Source of the DNA: Flavobacteriaceae bacterium
GTDB lineage: Bacteria > Bacteroidota > Bacteroidia > Flavobacteriales > Flavobacteriaceae
Direction: 5' to 3'
NCBI GenBank assembly: GCA_024643425.1
Contig: JAHEMY010000001.1
Coordinates: 9,106-73,105 of the forward strand
Length of the DNA: 64,000 nucleotides
Positions 19,630 through 29,892 of this stretch are shown piece after piece. The translations under genes and the position numbers were made by a program. The notes beneath the pieces were generated by a model. That model made no database searches and was not told the origin of the DNA. It saw nothing but the letters and a program-made list of their open reading frames with translations. Each line of letters begins with the position of its first letter. Position 1 is the first letter of the stretch.

Positions 19630-20466
19630 TTAATTTCCTAACAGCACCGGATATTCAATACCGTTAAAAATAATGGTTGCGAACCCATCGCAAGTGCCAT
19701 CACCAAAATCTAGTATTCCGGTTAATGCCTCTTGATTCACTTCGATACGTCCACTCACGAAATAAAGGCAAGTCATTTCTCTTACCAATCGTTCAGTCAC
19801 TTCTCCGGTACGCTCAAAACCATTGCTCAATACTGTTTGCCAAGTTCCGGTAATGTGATACACATTATCCATCCAGGTACCACTGCCAACTCCTTCCACC
19901 CATTCGGTAATGCGCAAGCCATCTCTATTGGCAGTCACGGAAGTTCCGGGAAAACTAATAGTAATATCCTCACTTACGGTTGATTGCGGATTTCCATTGC
20001 TATTTTCAAGGGTACGATTAATGGTTCCTCCTCCCTCAATGCCGTTCTGATTGTAGGTAAAATTCAAATAGGTATAATCGATATTTCTAGTGCCGGCCAC
20101 CAGAGGACCGTACTCCATACTAATCTTTCCTGATACAACGGCTCCATTGTAGAGCGTGCACTCATCTCCAAAATCTAAAAGAATGGTGCCTCCATTACCA
20201 TTTGTGGTTATTGTAAAGGCCGTGCATTCCGGAAAAATAGAATTTGGCATTCTTTGTCCCGGTTCCTCAATTTGAACATAGCCCCCTTCCACAATATTCT
20301 GAGCTCCTTCAACGATATTATCGGTTTGAGCAGCAAAGGCAGTATTTTCCGCAGAAAAATTTACTTCCTGATTGCTTGCAGCATCGTCATCACTTTTACA
20401 TGAAACTGCGGCAAATAACACAGCAACAAAAGAAAAAAGGGCGATTTTCTTTATTTTAGTTCTCAT
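19630..20466 (-). CDS. Hypothetical lipoprotein
   Basis: Signal peptide with lipobox (FAAVSCKSDDD). No recognisable domain. Confidence 0.5.
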   Translation of the reverse strand: MRTKIKKIALFSFVAVLFAAVSCKSDDDAASNQEVNFSAENTAFAAQTDNIVEGAQNIVEGGYVQIEEPGQRMPNSIFPECTAFTITTNGNGGTILLDFGDECTLYNGAVVSGKISMEYGPLVAGTRNIDYTYLNFTYNQNGIEGGGTINRTLENSNGNPQSTVSEDITISFPGTSVTANRDGLRITEWVEGVGSGTWMDNVYHITGTWQTVLSNGFERTGEVTERLVREMTCLYFVSGRIEVNQEALTGILDFGDGTCDGFATIIFNGIEYPVLLGN

Positions 20467-20581
20467 AATGGTAGGTCTTTAAGTTATGGTTTTATGTCTA
20501 ATTTAACGTAAAAGGGTTTCTTTCAGTATTTAATAATTAAAATATTTATACAATACTACCTATTTTTTCTTTTGCTTTTTG

Positions 20582-20589
20582 TACTTTTG
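20582..20589 (+). promoter_or_regulatory. Bacteroidota-type -7 promoter box (TAnnTTTG)
   Basis: TACTTTTG lies 58 nt upstream of the rpsO ATG at 20647. Confidence 0.35.
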
Positions 20590-20646
20590 CCGCTCGATAA
20601 TCACAAGGTTATCAACATACATAAAAATCATTTAAATAATATTGGC

Positions 20647-20916
20647 ATGTATTTAACATCTGAAGAAAAACAAAAACTTTTTAAAAAACACGGTAAAAGC
20701 GCAACCGACACAGGCTCTGCTGAAGGTCAAATCGCTTTGTTCACACACCGTATCCAACACCTTACCGAACACCTTAAGAAAAATCACAAGGACTACAACA
20801 CAGAGCGTTCTTTGGTTCGTATGGTAGGTAAGCGTCGTTCTTTATTGGATTATCTAATGAAGAAGGATATCATGAGATACCGTGCCATTATAAAAGAATT
20901 AGGATTACGTAAGTAA
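20647..20916 (+). CDS. rpsO: 30S ribosomal protein S15
   Basis: MYLTSEEKQKLFKKHG...GSAEGQIALFTHRIQHLTEHLKKNHKDYNTERSLVRMVGKRRSLLDYL. Start placed at the internal Met of the longer ORF. Confidence 0.9.
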   Translation: MYLTSEEKQKLFKKHGKSATDTGSAEGQIALFTHRIQHLTEHLKKNHKDYNTERSLVRMVGKRRSLLDYLMKKDIMRYRAIIKELGLRK

Positions 20917-20923
20917 GCCAAAA

Positions 20924-20951
20924 AAGGGACGCTTTGAGTGTCCCTTTTTTT
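20924..20951 (+). terminator. Rho-independent terminator after rpsO
   Basis: Stem gggac/gtccc (extended by A/T pairs) followed by a T-run. Confidence 0.7.
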
Positions 20952-21100
20952 ATTTTTTCAGTATATTTCTGAAAATTTACAAAGAAAAAGCTACCCCTAG
21001 TTTTTCATTGGTCAAACCACACAACAACACAACACTAGGTTTGAAACCCAAACCTTGACCATTAGTAACGGTGCCCCTTAGGCACTAAAATGAAAAACAA

Positions 21101-23347
21101 ATGATACCTAAAGTATTTAGAGAGGTCATTGACCTCGGTGACGGGCGTGAAATTACGCTTGAAACCGGAAAATTAGCAAAACAAGCCCATGGTTCCGTAG
21201 TGGTTCAATCGGGTAACTGTATGTTGCTTTGTACGGTTGTTTCTAACTACAAACAAAGTGATGTAGACTTTCTTCCACTAACTGTGGATTACCGTGAAAA
21301 ATTTGCGGCTTCGGGTCGTTATCCGGGAGGATTCTTCAAAAGAGAAGCGCGCCCAAGCGATGGTGAAGTATTAACCATGCGTTTAGTAGATCGTGTACTT
21401 CGTCCACTATTCCCAAAAGATTATCATTCTGAAACTCAAGTGATGATTCAACTAATGTCTCACGACGATGAAGTCATGCCCGATGCAATGGCTGGATTAG
21501 CAGCTTCTGCGGCGATCCAATTGTCCGACTTCCCATTTGAATGTCCTATTTCTGAAGTAAGAGTTGGACGAATCAATGGTGAATTTATCATCAACCCATC
21601 TAGAGCCCAATTGGAAGAAAGTGACTTGGATATGGTCATTGGTGCTTCTGCCGACTCAGTAATGATGGTGGAAGGTGAAATGAAGGAAATTTCAGAAGAG
21701 GAAATGACCGAAGCTATTAAAGCTGCGCATGAAGCCATTAAGGTCCAGTGTGCTGCTCAGGTTCGATTAGCAGAAGCTTTCGGAAAAAAAGAAGTTCGTG
21801 AATACGAAGCAGAAAGAGCCGATGAAGCTTTGGAGAAAAAGATTCACGACATGGCATACGATAAAGTATATGCTGTAGCAAAAGCTGGTTCTTCTAAACA
21901 TGAAAGAAGCGCTGCGTTTTCAGAAATTAAGGAAGAAATCGTTGCTTCATTCTCTGAAGAAGAGGTGGAAGATTACGGTGATTTAATTTCAAAATACTAT
22001 TATAAAGCAGAAAAGGAAGCCGTTCGTGACCTTACTTTGAACGAAGGACTTCGTTTAGATGGTAGAAAAACAACTGAAATTCGCCCTATCTGGTGTGAAG
22101 TTGACTATTTACCTTCAACACACGGTTCAGCCATCTTTACCCGTGGGGAAACTCAAGCCTTGGCTACTGTAACCCTGGGAACTTCAAGAGAAGCAAATCA
22201 AATTGATATGCCATCTTTTGAGGGAGAAGAAACATTCTACCTTCACTATAACTTCCCTCCTTTCTCAACCGGTGAAGCTAGACCTATTCGAGGTACTTCA
22301 CGTCGTGAAGTGGGACACGGAAACTTAGCGCAACGAGCGTTAAAAGGAATGATCCCAAAAGATTGTCCTTATACGGTTCGTGTAGTTTCGGAAGTATTGG
22401 AAAGTAACGGATCCTCATCTATGGCCACTGTATGTAGTGGAACTATGGCATTGATGGATGCGGGAGTTCAATTAATTAAACCTGTTTCCGGTATTGCCAT
22501 GGGATTGATTTCTGATGCTAAAAGTGGAAAATATGCCGTGTTATCGGACATCCTAGGAGATGAAGATCACTTAGGTGATATGGATTTCAAAGTTACCGGA
22601 ACTGCAGACGGAATTACAGCCTGTCAAATGGACATAAAGGTTAAAGGACTTTCCTATGAGATTTTAGTGAACGCTTTGAAACAAGCACGCGACGGTCGTT
22701 TGCACATATTGGGTAAACTAACCGAAACGATTGCTGCGCCAAATGCCGATGTGAAAGCTCATGCTCCTAAAATGGTTACAGTTACTATTCCAAATGAATA
22801 CATTGGAGCCTTAATTGGACCAGGTGGAAAAGTAATCCAAGAACTTCAGAAAACAACCAAAACAACGATTGTTATCAATGAAGATCCTGTAACAGAAGAA
22901 GGAATTGTGGAAATTTTAGGTACCAACCAAGAAGGGATTGATGCTGTTTTGGCAAAAATCGATTCTCTTACCTTTAAACCTGAAGTTGGAAGCGTATACG
23001 AAGTAAAAGTGATCAAGATCCTTGATTTTGGAGCTGTTGTTGAGTATATGGATGCACCTGGAAATGAAGTACTACTTCACGTTTCTGAATTGGATTGGAA
23101 ACGCACCGAAAATGTAACCGATGTGGTAAACATGGGTGACGTTTTTGATGTGAAATACTTTGGTGTAGACCCTAGAACCAAAAAGGATAAGGTTTCAAGA
23201 AAAGCACTTTTACCAAAACCGGAAGGTTATGTAGAGCGCCCACCTCGTGATGATAAGCGAAGTGGTGGACGTGATAACCGCAGTGGTGGACGTGACAATC
23301 GAGGTGGTGACCGAGATAATAGAAATCGAGACCGAAGAAGAGATTAA
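21101..23347 (+). CDS. pnp: Polyribonucleotide nucleotidyltransferase (PNPase) with Arg/Gly/Asp-rich C-terminal tail
   Basis: Two RNase PH domains, KH ([13 protein letters not shown]) and S1 ([18 protein letters not shown]) domains. The tail is ...[28 protein letters not shown]. Confidence 0.95.
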   Translation: MIPKVFREVIDLGDGREITLETGKLAKQAHGSVVVQSGNCMLLCTVVSNYKQSDVDFLPLTVDYREKFAASGRYPGGFFKREARPSDGEVLTMRLVDRVLRPLFPKDYHSETQVMIQLMSHDDEVMPDAMAGLAASAAIQLSDFPFECPISEVRVGRINGEFIINPSRAQLEESDLDMVIGASADSVMMVEGEMKEISEEEMTEAIKAAHEAIKVQCAAQVRLAEAFGKKEVREYEAERADEALEKKIHDMAYDKVYAVAKAGSSKHERSAAFSEIKEEIVASFSEEEVEDYGDLISKYYYKAEKEAVRDLTLNEGLRLDGRKTTEIRPIWCEVDYLPSTHGSAIFTRGETQALATVTLGTSREANQIDMPSFEGEETFYLHYNFPPFSTGEARPIRGTSRREVGHGNLAQRALKGMIPKDCPYTVRVVSEVLESNGSSSMATVCSGTMALMDAGVQLIKPVSGIAMGLISDAKSGKYAVLSDILGDEDHLGDMDFKVTGTADGITACQMDIKVKGLSYEILVNALKQARDGRLHILGKLTETIAAPNADVKAHAPKMVTVTIPNEYIGALIGPGGKVIQELQKTTKTTIVINEDPVTEEGIVEILGTNQEGIDAVLAKIDSLTFKPEVGSVYEVKVIKILDFGAVVEYMDAPGNEVLLHVSELDWKRTENVTDVVNMGDVFDVKYFGVDPRTKKDKVSRKALLPKPEGYVERPPRDDKRSGGRDNRSGGRDNRGGDRDNRNRDRRRD
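23261..23323 (+). repeat. Three tandem 21-bp repeats encoding the heptad [21 protein letters not shown]
   Basis: agtggtggacgtgataaccgc / agtggtggacgtgacaatcga / ggtggtgaccgagataataga, inside the pnp 3' end. Confidence 0.85.
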
Positions 23348-23374
23348 TTTTTCTTTTCATAATACATTGCTATC

Positions 23375-23408
23375 AAAGCCTTCAACATTGAAGGCTTTGT
23401 TTTTTTTA
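23375..23408 (+). terminator. Rho-independent terminator after pnp
   Basis: About 10-bp stem aaagccttca/tgaaggcttt followed by gTTTTTTTT. Confidence 0.8.
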
Positions 23409-23505
23409 AAGAAAAAAGTGAACTTATTGTAACATTTTGCATCTATCCTACGTATAACTACCTACAAGAGGAAATTTAATCTAAAAAAGTTAGGAGAACC
23501 CCTTA

Positions 23506-24369
23506 ATGAGACAACTTAAAATTACAAAGCAGGTTACCAATCGTGAAACCGCTTCCTTAGACAAGTATCTACAAGAAATTGGAAAAGTTGACTTAATTAC
23601 CGCAGACGAAGAAGTAGAGTTGGCACAGCGCATCAAAGCGGGTGACCAACGTGCATTGGAAAAATTGACCAAAGCCAACTTGCGTTTCGTGGTTTCCGTA
23701 GCAAAACAATACCAAAATCAAGGTTTGACACTTCCCGATTTAATTAATGAAGGGAACCTTGGGCTTATTAAAGCTGCACAACGTTTTGACGAAACCCGTG
23801 GATTTAAGTTTATTTCTTACGCCGTTTGGTGGATTCGACAGTCCATTCTTCAGGCCTTAGCCGAGCAATCTCGTATTGTACGTCTTCCTTTGAACAAAAT
23901 TGGAAGTATCAACAAAATAAACAAAACATACGCGTTCCTAGAACAAGCACACGAACGTCCGCCTTCTGCAGAGGAAATCGCAAAAGAATTGGACATGACT
24001 ATTAATGATGTAAAGGAGTCCATGAAAAACTCCGGACGTCATGTATCCATGGATGCGCCATTGGTTGAAGGTGAAGACTCAAACCTTTACGATGTATTGC
24101 GTAGTGGTGAGTCTCCAAATCCGGATCGTACTTTATTACACGAATCTCTTCGAACTGAAATTGAACGTGCCTTGGAAACATTAACTCCGCGTGAGGCTGA
24201 TGTAATTCGTTTGTATTTCGGATTAGGAAACCAACATCCTATGACGCTTGAAGAAATTGGAGAGACCTTCGATTTAACACGTGAGCGTGTTCGACAAATT
24301 AAGGAAAAAGCCATTCGTAGGCTAAAACATACCTCAAGAAGTAAAATCTTGAAAACCTATTTGGGCTAG
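23506..24369 (+). CDS. rpoD: Primary RNA polymerase sigma factor (sigma-70 family, Bacteroidota SigA type)
   Basis: Regions 2-4 are present: [49 protein letters not shown]. Confidence 0.9.
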   Translation: MRQLKITKQVTNRETASLDKYLQEIGKVDLITADEEVELAQRIKAGDQRALEKLTKANLRFVVSVAKQYQNQGLTLPDLINEGNLGLIKAAQRFDETRGFKFISYAVWWIRQSILQALAEQSRIVRLPLNKIGSINKINKTYAFLEQAHERPPSAEEIAKELDMTINDVKESMKNSGRHVSMDAPLVEGEDSNLYDVLRSGESPNPDRTLLHESLRTEIERALETLTPREADVIRLYFGLGNQHPMTLEEIGETFDLTRERVRQIKEKAIRRLKHTSRSKILKTYLG

Positions 24370-24425
24370 ACCCTTACAGCAACAACAGTTAAAAAAATAA
24401 CTGTTCGTTTTTTGATTGATGAATA

Positions 24426-24456
24426 ACCTCCGGCTGATTACCGGAGGTTTTTTTTA
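24426..24456 (+). terminator. Rho-independent terminator after rpoD
   Basis: Stem acctccgg/ccggaggt plus an 8-T run. A weaker AT-rich hairpin precedes it at 24385-24404. Confidence 0.8.
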
Positions 24457-24487
24457 TCTTTATACAAATAAACACCTCACCAATTTA

Positions 24488-24886
24488 ATGAATCACACTA
24501 TTTGTTATATAAGTAAAGCAAAAGAAGGGCTCACTGCCATAGAAATTGAAAATATATTTGCTACTACACAAACTAAAAATAACGAAGCTGGCATAAAAGG
24601 AATATTATTGTTTGGATTCGGTAATTTTTTTCAAGTTTTAGAAGGTGACAAGAAAGTAATTGATGACCTTTACCTCAAGAAAATTTGCGATGATAATAGA
24701 CACTATGATTTATTAACCATTATTAATTATCCGATAAAATATCCCATTTTTAGCGAATATAGCTCGGAATTCAATATTGTAAAAACAAATACTCAATTAG
24801 ACCAGGTGAAAGCCTATTTGAATCAAAATAAGCTACATCATCTATCAAAGAATATTCAACGAATGTTAAATCCATTTCTTCTATAA
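24488..24886 (+). CDS. Short stand-alone BLUF-domain (blue-light FAD sensor) protein
   Basis: ICYISKA (Tyr) ... GIKGILLFGFGNFFQVLEGDKKVIDDLY (Gln) pattern. Start placed at Met25 of the ORF because the upstream part covers the rpoD terminator. Confidence 0.7.
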   Translation: MNHTICYISKAKEGLTAIEIENIFATTQTKNNEAGIKGILLFGFGNFFQVLEGDKKVIDDLYLKKICDDNRHYDLLTIINYPIKYPIFSEYSSEFNIVKTNTQLDQVKAYLNQNKLHHLSKNIQRMLNPFLL

Positions 24887-24888
24887 TC

Positions 24889-25548
24889 ATGAAAGATACC
24901 CTTATTGCCCCCTCGATCCTAGCCGCCGATTTTGCCAACCTTCAACGCGACATAGAAATGGTGAATTCCAGCGAAGCCGATTGGTTCCATATCGACATTA
25001 TGGACGGGGTATTCGTTCCAAATATTTCATTTGGAATGCCTGTACTTAAAGCAATTTCTAAACATGCGAAGAAAACCATTGATGTGCATTTAATGATTGT
25101 AGATCCAGATCGATACATCAAAACCTTTGCACAACTTGGAGCCAATGTTCTCACAGTACATTATGAGGCTTGCACCCATTTACATCGCACCCTTCAAGCC
25201 ATTAAAGCAGAAGGAATGCAGGCAGGTGTGGCATTAAATCCACACACGCCGGTTTCATTGCTTGAAGATATCATTGAAGATATCGATTTGGTATGTATCA
25301 TGAGTGTGAATCCGGGTTTTGGCGGACAAAGCTTTATCCAAAATACCTATCAAAAAGTTGCCGCCTTAAAAGAATTGATTACGCGTAAAGGTGCAAATAC
25401 TCAAATCGAAATTGATGGTGGTGTAACCAATAAAAATGCAAAAGCACTTAAAGAAGCCGGTGCCGATGTTCTGGTCGCAGGGAGCTATGTTTTTGGCGCT
25501 CAAAACCCCACAGCAACCATTGCCGGTCTTAAAGAACTCATTTCTTAA
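24889..25548 (+). CDS. rpe: Ribulose-phosphate 3-epimerase
   Basis: IAPSILAADFANL..., HIDIMDGVFVPNISFG, MSVNPGFGGQSFI, IEIDGGV. Confidence 0.9.
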   Translation: MKDTLIAPSILAADFANLQRDIEMVNSSEADWFHIDIMDGVFVPNISFGMPVLKAISKHAKKTIDVHLMIVDPDRYIKTFAQLGANVLTVHYEACTHLHRTLQAIKAEGMQAGVALNPHTPVSLLEDIIEDIDLVCIMSVNPGFGGQSFIQNTYQKVAALKELITRKGANTQIEIDGGVTNKNAKALKEAGADVLVAGSYVFGAQNPTATIAGLKELIS

Positions 25549-25618
25549 AGGTCAATAATTATAATATTGAACTTCTTTTAGTAGCTTTATAGTACTTTTC
25601 AACATTAAATGTTTGAAA

Positions 25619-26707
25619 ATGCAAGCTACTCCTTCTTTTGATTCTTGGACTTCAATATTCCTTTTGGCCGTTGCCATGGGACTGTTTCTGTTTATTTCAA
25701 TCCTTTTAAATAAGAACAAGAAGCACCTACCTATTAGCTTACTAGTGCTCGCATTTTCATTAATTCTGTTTCAATATGTTCTTTATTGGACTCGATACGA
25801 GACCGTTTTTCCCTATTTGCAGATGCTCCCTCACCTCTGCTATTATACCACGGGACCTTTGCTTTATTTGTATTTCCTAAGACTTTATAAACGAGACGTT
25901 TCATTTAATTATGCCTGGCATTTTTTGCCGGCCTTTCTTGTTTTAATTACCTATACTGCCCTTTTATGGAACCAAGTTTCATCCATTGAAATTAAGGTGC
26001 CATGGAATTGGTTCTCTAAGAATCCTTGGTTCATTGCTATTCACATGAGCATCTATGCAGTGGCTTCAATGCGCTGGGTATTTCGCAGCCCAAAAATCAC
26101 AGAGTATCAAACCTTGCGAAAGCGTTGGACCTCAATCCTCATTATTTTATATGGAACTTTTGTTTTGGCATATGTTTCCTATTATGTTTTGGTCAATTTT
26201 GACTTTTTCAACAGTCAATGGGATTATATGATTTCCATTGTAATGAGTATTTCTATTTATACCATTGGATATTTTATAATTAAAGAGCCTCAAGTTTTTG
26301 ACGGGGCATTCTTCACAGAGCTATTCCTGCCAATTGAGAATAAGGACAGCTCTTTTGAGGAATCTCTTTTAAACGAATTTTACCGAAAGCTCACTCGACA
26401 CATGGATGTTGAAAAACCTTATATAGATAACGAACTACGTTTAGTGCACCTTGCAGATCAATTAGGATTTTCGACACACATGCTTTCAAAAGTGATTAAT
26501 AAAAAATCTGGCAAAAACTTTAATCAATTTGTGAATGATTATCGTCTGCAAGAAGCAAAACGATTACTCTTAGAAAATCCGGATTACAGTGTAAAGACCA
26601 TCTACTTCGATGTTGGATTCAATAACAAGGCAACTTTCTACAACGCCTTTAAAAAAGAGTTCCAATGCACACCTCTTCAGTACAGAGATTCGACCATTTC
26701 AACCTAA
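25619..26707 (+). CDS. AraC-family transcriptional regulator with polytopic membrane N-terminal domain
   Basis: About 6 TM segments, then an AraC HTH (LADQLGFSTHMLSKVINK... YFDVGFNNKATFYNAFKKEF). An alternative TTG start is at 25613. Confidence 0.75.
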   Translation: MQATPSFDSWTSIFLLAVAMGLFLFISILLNKNKKHLPISLLVLAFSLILFQYVLYWTRYETVFPYLQMLPHLCYYTTGPLLYLYFLRLYKRDVSFNYAWHFLPAFLVLITYTALLWNQVSSIEIKVPWNWFSKNPWFIAIHMSIYAVASMRWVFRSPKITEYQTLRKRWTSILIILYGTFVLAYVSYYVLVNFDFFNSQWDYMISIVMSISIYTIGYFIIKEPQVFDGAFFTELFLPIENKDSSFEESLLNEFYRKLTRHMDVEKPYIDNELRLVHLADQLGFSTHMLSKVINKKSGKNFNQFVNDYRLQEAKRLLLENPDYSVKTIYFDVGFNNKATFYNAFKKEFQCTPLQYRDSTIST

Positions 26708-26799
26708 AGTACAGAAAATGTGTCCATTTTTATAAATCTGAACCCTTCTACTTTTTCATCTTCAGAAATTAGCGTCATTAATCAATAAAAACGAACATT

Positions 26800-27933
26800 A
26801 TGAAAACTATTCAATTTTTACTTTGTACGCTGGTTTTAAGTTTAACCATGAACACTTTTGCCCAACCCGAGTATTATATGTATGTAAGTGATGCAGGAGG
26901 ATTTAATAATCCACCATGGCAAATATTGCGATACGACATTGACGGTAACAATCCTCAGGTATTCATTGACAATGATTTCTTCGTTGGTGAAGGTGTTGGA
27001 TGGCCGCAAGATATTCTCTTTTTAGAAGATCAAGGTGTTGTACTTATTTCCTGCCTCGTTGGAAATAGAATTACAAAGCACAATGCCAGCACCGGAGCTT
27101 ATATCGAAGATTTTGCCACTGTTCCAGGAAGTCCAACTCGCATGAAAATAGGTAATGACAATCTAATATATGTAGTTCAATGGAGCAATTCGAACAATAA
27201 AATTCTTCGTTATCAGCAAGACGGCACCTTTGTGGATGAATTTACCGACGAGGGTGTTCCTAGTAGTGTTGGTCTGGATTGGGATAGCGATGGCAACCTT
27301 TATGTTGGCTCTTATGGAACCAACACGGTAACCAAATTTGATACAAACGGGATAAGTCAGGGGTCATTTATTAGTTCCGATCTCTCCGGTCCCACGAATA
27401 TTCATTTCGAAGAGAATGGTACTATGCTTGTGTTAAATTGGAATGGCGGGAATGTAAAGCGTTTTGATGCTGATGGAAATTTTCTTGAAGTCTTTACAAC
27501 CGAAGTTACACAACCCGAAGGAATTGCCGTGAACCCGGTCACCGGAAATTATATTTTCGGAAATGGGGGGCCTGCTAAAATTGATGAATTCCAAGCTGAT
27601 GGAAGTTTTGTAACTAGTTTAGTCGACAGTGGAGAGGGCGGATTAGGGCAACCAAATGCGGTGGTAATAAGAGACGCCACCTTTGCCGTTAGCGACTTCA
27701 ATCAAAAGAAAGTTATGGTCTCCCCTACCATGGGCTCTGTCTTTCAAATTAATCGAAATGAAATCATTGACCTTTCCTCCATAGATGTATTTAGCATTAG
27801 CGGACAAAAAGTGGCTAGCATCAATATGGAAGAGTCTGTTTGGGATGCGAGTTATCTTAATGAAGGCCTTTATTTTCTAACAGCCACCTCCGGAAAAACC
27901 AATTACCTTCAAAAAATAATAATTAAGAAATAG
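26800..27933 (+). CDS. Secreted beta-propeller (NHL/SMP-30-like repeats) protein with T9SS C-terminal sorting domain
   Basis: Signal peptide; repeated ~45-aa units (DGNLYV..., NGTMLVLNW..., PEGIAVNP...); tail ...GLYFLTATSGKTNYLQKIIIKK. Confidence 0.55.
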   Translation: MKTIQFLLCTLVLSLTMNTFAQPEYYMYVSDAGGFNNPPWQILRYDIDGNNPQVFIDNDFFVGEGVGWPQDILFLEDQGVVLISCLVGNRITKHNASTGAYIEDFATVPGSPTRMKIGNDNLIYVVQWSNSNNKILRYQQDGTFVDEFTDEGVPSSVGLDWDSDGNLYVGSYGTNTVTKFDTNGISQGSFISSDLSGPTNIHFEENGTMLVLNWNGGNVKRFDADGNFLEVFTTEVTQPEGIAVNPVTGNYIFGNGGPAKIDEFQADGSFVTSLVDSGEGGLGQPNAVVIRDATFAVSDFNQKKVMVSPTMGSVFQINRNEIIDLSSIDVFSISGQKVASINMEESVWDASYLNEGLYFLTATSGKTNYLQKIIIKK

Positions 27934-27954
27934 GCTAATTCCTTTTCTTTTGAA

Positions 27955-27990
27955 AAGCCTGACTTGAATTACCAAGCAGGCTTTTCTATC
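27955..27990 (+). terminator. Rho-independent terminator (bulged hairpin)
   Basis: aagcctgacttg / caagcaggctt with loop aattac and a T-rich tail. Confidence 0.55.
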
Positions 27991-27994
27991 TTTG
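27987..27994 (+). promoter_or_regulatory. Bacteroidota-type -7 promoter box (TAnnTTTG)
   Basis: TATCTTTG lies 16 nt upstream of the TTG start at 28010. Confidence 0.45.
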
Positions 27995-28009
27995 TAAAAA
28001 ACGGAACTT

Positions 28010-28978
28010 TTGACTATTGAAAAAGAAGTACTGATTATTGGGGGCGGGCCTATTGGCATTGCTTGTGCATTGGCGTGTAAAAAAGAGCAATTGGATTATG
28101 TGGTGTTAGAAAAAGGGGCTCTTGTAAATTCCTTGTTCAATTATCCGCTGAATATGAGTTTTTTTTCTACTTCTGAAAAGCTTGAAATTGGCGGTATTCC
28201 ATTTATTACGAATAATCCAAAGCCTCACCGCGATGATGCTTTAGAATATTACCGAAGAGTTGCTCGCTCCAATGCGCTCCATATACAATTATATGAGAAC
28301 GTGGAATCTGTAAAAAAAACAAATAATGGTTTTTTAGTAAGCTCGGAAAAAGCGGAGTATTCTGTTAAGAATTTAATTATTGCAACCGGATTTTACGACA
28401 TCCCAATGTTGTTAAATGTGCCCGGCGAATCCCTTCCAAAAGTGACCCACTATTTTAAAGAAGCACATCCCTATGTGATGCAAAAAACCATCGTAGTTGG
28501 TGCCAGCAATTCGGCGGTAGATGCTGCCTTGGAAATTTATCGAAAAGGAGGTGATGTCACGATGATTGTTCGAGGACCTTCCATAGGTGAACGGGTGAAG
28601 TATTGGGTGAAGCCCGATATTGAAAATAGAATCGCAGAGGGAAGCATTAAGGCTTTTTTCAATACTGAAATAAAAGAAATAAAGGAAGGCGAAGTAGTCC
28701 TGTCTACCCTAAATGGGGATATTAATATTCTCAATGACTTTGTGGTGGCTTTAACCGGATATCGTCCAAATTTAAAGTTTTTAGCTTCCTTAGGGGTAAA
28801 CCTCTCTGAGGATGATAAAAAGTTGCCCGAATATCATCCGGAAACTATGGAGACCAACGTGAAGGGAATTTACCTGGCAGGGGTAATTTGCGGTGGCTTA
28901 GAAACTCACAAATGGTTTATTGAGAATTCCAGAATTCATGCGAAACAAATTGTCGATCACATTAAGGCTAAGGCTTAA
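28010..28978 (+). CDS. YpdA-like FAD/NAD(P)-binding thiol-disulfide reductase (thioredoxin-reductase fold without CxxC)
   Basis: VLIIGGGPIGIACA at the N-terminus and a second dinucleotide motif VVGASNSAVDAA. TTG start; no in-frame ATG upstream of the Rossmann motif. Confidence 0.6.
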   Translation: MTIEKEVLIIGGGPIGIACALACKKEQLDYVVLEKGALVNSLFNYPLNMSFFSTSEKLEIGGIPFITNNPKPHRDDALEYYRRVARSNALHIQLYENVESVKKTNNGFLVSSEKAEYSVKNLIIATGFYDIPMLLNVPGESLPKVTHYFKEAHPYVMQKTIVVGASNSAVDAALEIYRKGGDVTMIVRGPSIGERVKYWVKPDIENRIAEGSIKAFFNTEIKEIKEGEVVLSTLNGDINILNDFVVALTGYRPNLKFLASLGVNLSEDDKKLPEYHPETMETNVKGIYLAGVICGGLETHKWFIENSRIHAKQIVDHIKAKA

Positions 28979-29811
28979 TAGCCTGCATACCTGAAGTTCA
29001 ATAATTTTTGCGTGGCTTCGTAAATTACGGGGAATTGATTTTCTAATTCCTCCGGTGCTTCAAAAAAGTATTCTGCTAATACAGCCATGAATTCGTATTG
29101 ATTGGTAAAGGCATAATTCCGAAAAAACTTTGTTTCATCCAATCGGGCACGAACCTCATCATCGGTAAGTTGTTTTAGAATATTCTGAAACTGTTTTGAA
29201 AATCGGTTTGAATCAATATCCCGACTTTGTTTGGACTCCAATTGCATCGCATGCATGAACTCATGAATTCCAAGATTAAGCTTGTCGTTACTTATTTTAT
29301 AACCTTTTTCAAAGTGTTTCCATGACAAAACCAAGGCTCGCTCACGAGGATTGAATTCTCCTTTATGATAACTATCATTTATGTTACTGAAAAATTCTTC
29401 CGGGTAGATTAAAATATAGTCAATAAGATCGTATTCGTAATTCTTTCGGCCAAATGAAACCATACATCCCACTGCTCCAATAAGTACCTTCATTCGATCC
29501 GTAAGTACTATCTCTCCCCTGGCAATGAATTTCTTTTCAGCTAAAAATCGAGACAAGCGGTGTTGAAACTGAAGTCGTTCTTTTTTGGTCAATTTTGAGT
29601 AAAACTCAAATTCATTTTCAATTACAGATAGTTGGGCGGGTTTTAATTTCCGATACACCCAATAATGTCTAAAAAAAGGCCGGTCGTAGCGATCGGCATA
29701 CCAGTTTTCAAAAACTCTAAAAAGGAAGAAGCCAAAGCCCAATAGCACAATGAGGTAGGCATAAGGGGCAAGCCATGTAAAATTCTCATCAGATGTTTGA
29801 ATCAACAACAT
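28975..29811 (-). CDS. Membrane-anchored zinc metallopeptidase (MtfA/M90-like)
   Basis: N-terminal TM (YAYLIVLLGFGFFLF), HExxH motif (GIHEFMHAMQ) and a downstream ...EYFFE. Confidence 0.6.
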   Translation of the reverse strand: MLLIQTSDENFTWLAPYAYLIVLLGFGFFLFRVFENWYADRYDRPFFRHYWVYRKLKPAQLSVIENEFEFYSKLTKKERLQFQHRLSRFLAEKKFIARGEIVLTDRMKVLIGAVGCMVSFGRKNYEYDLIDYILIYPEEFFSNINDSYHKGEFNPRERALVLSWKHFEKGYKISNDKLNLGIHEFMHAMQLESKQSRDIDSNRFSKQFQNILKQLTDDEVRARLDETKFFRNYAFTNQYEFMAVLAEYFFEAPEELENQFPVIYEATQKLLNFRYAGY

Positions 29812-29892
29812 TGGGTAAATTTGGGGTTGAAAGATAGGAATATTTTGTATAATCCTGATTATCTGATAAAAACGTTATTCAAACAACGAATA

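Noticed and set aside
20572-20646. Extended start of rpsO (114-aa ORF); likewise 24416..24487 for the BLUF gene and 57044..57070 for the response regulator
   Set aside because: The extensions are non-homologous. The BLUF extension runs through the rpoD terminator hairpin. Internal Met codons give canonical N-termini (MYLTSEEK, MNHTICYIS, MKRIVIADHH).
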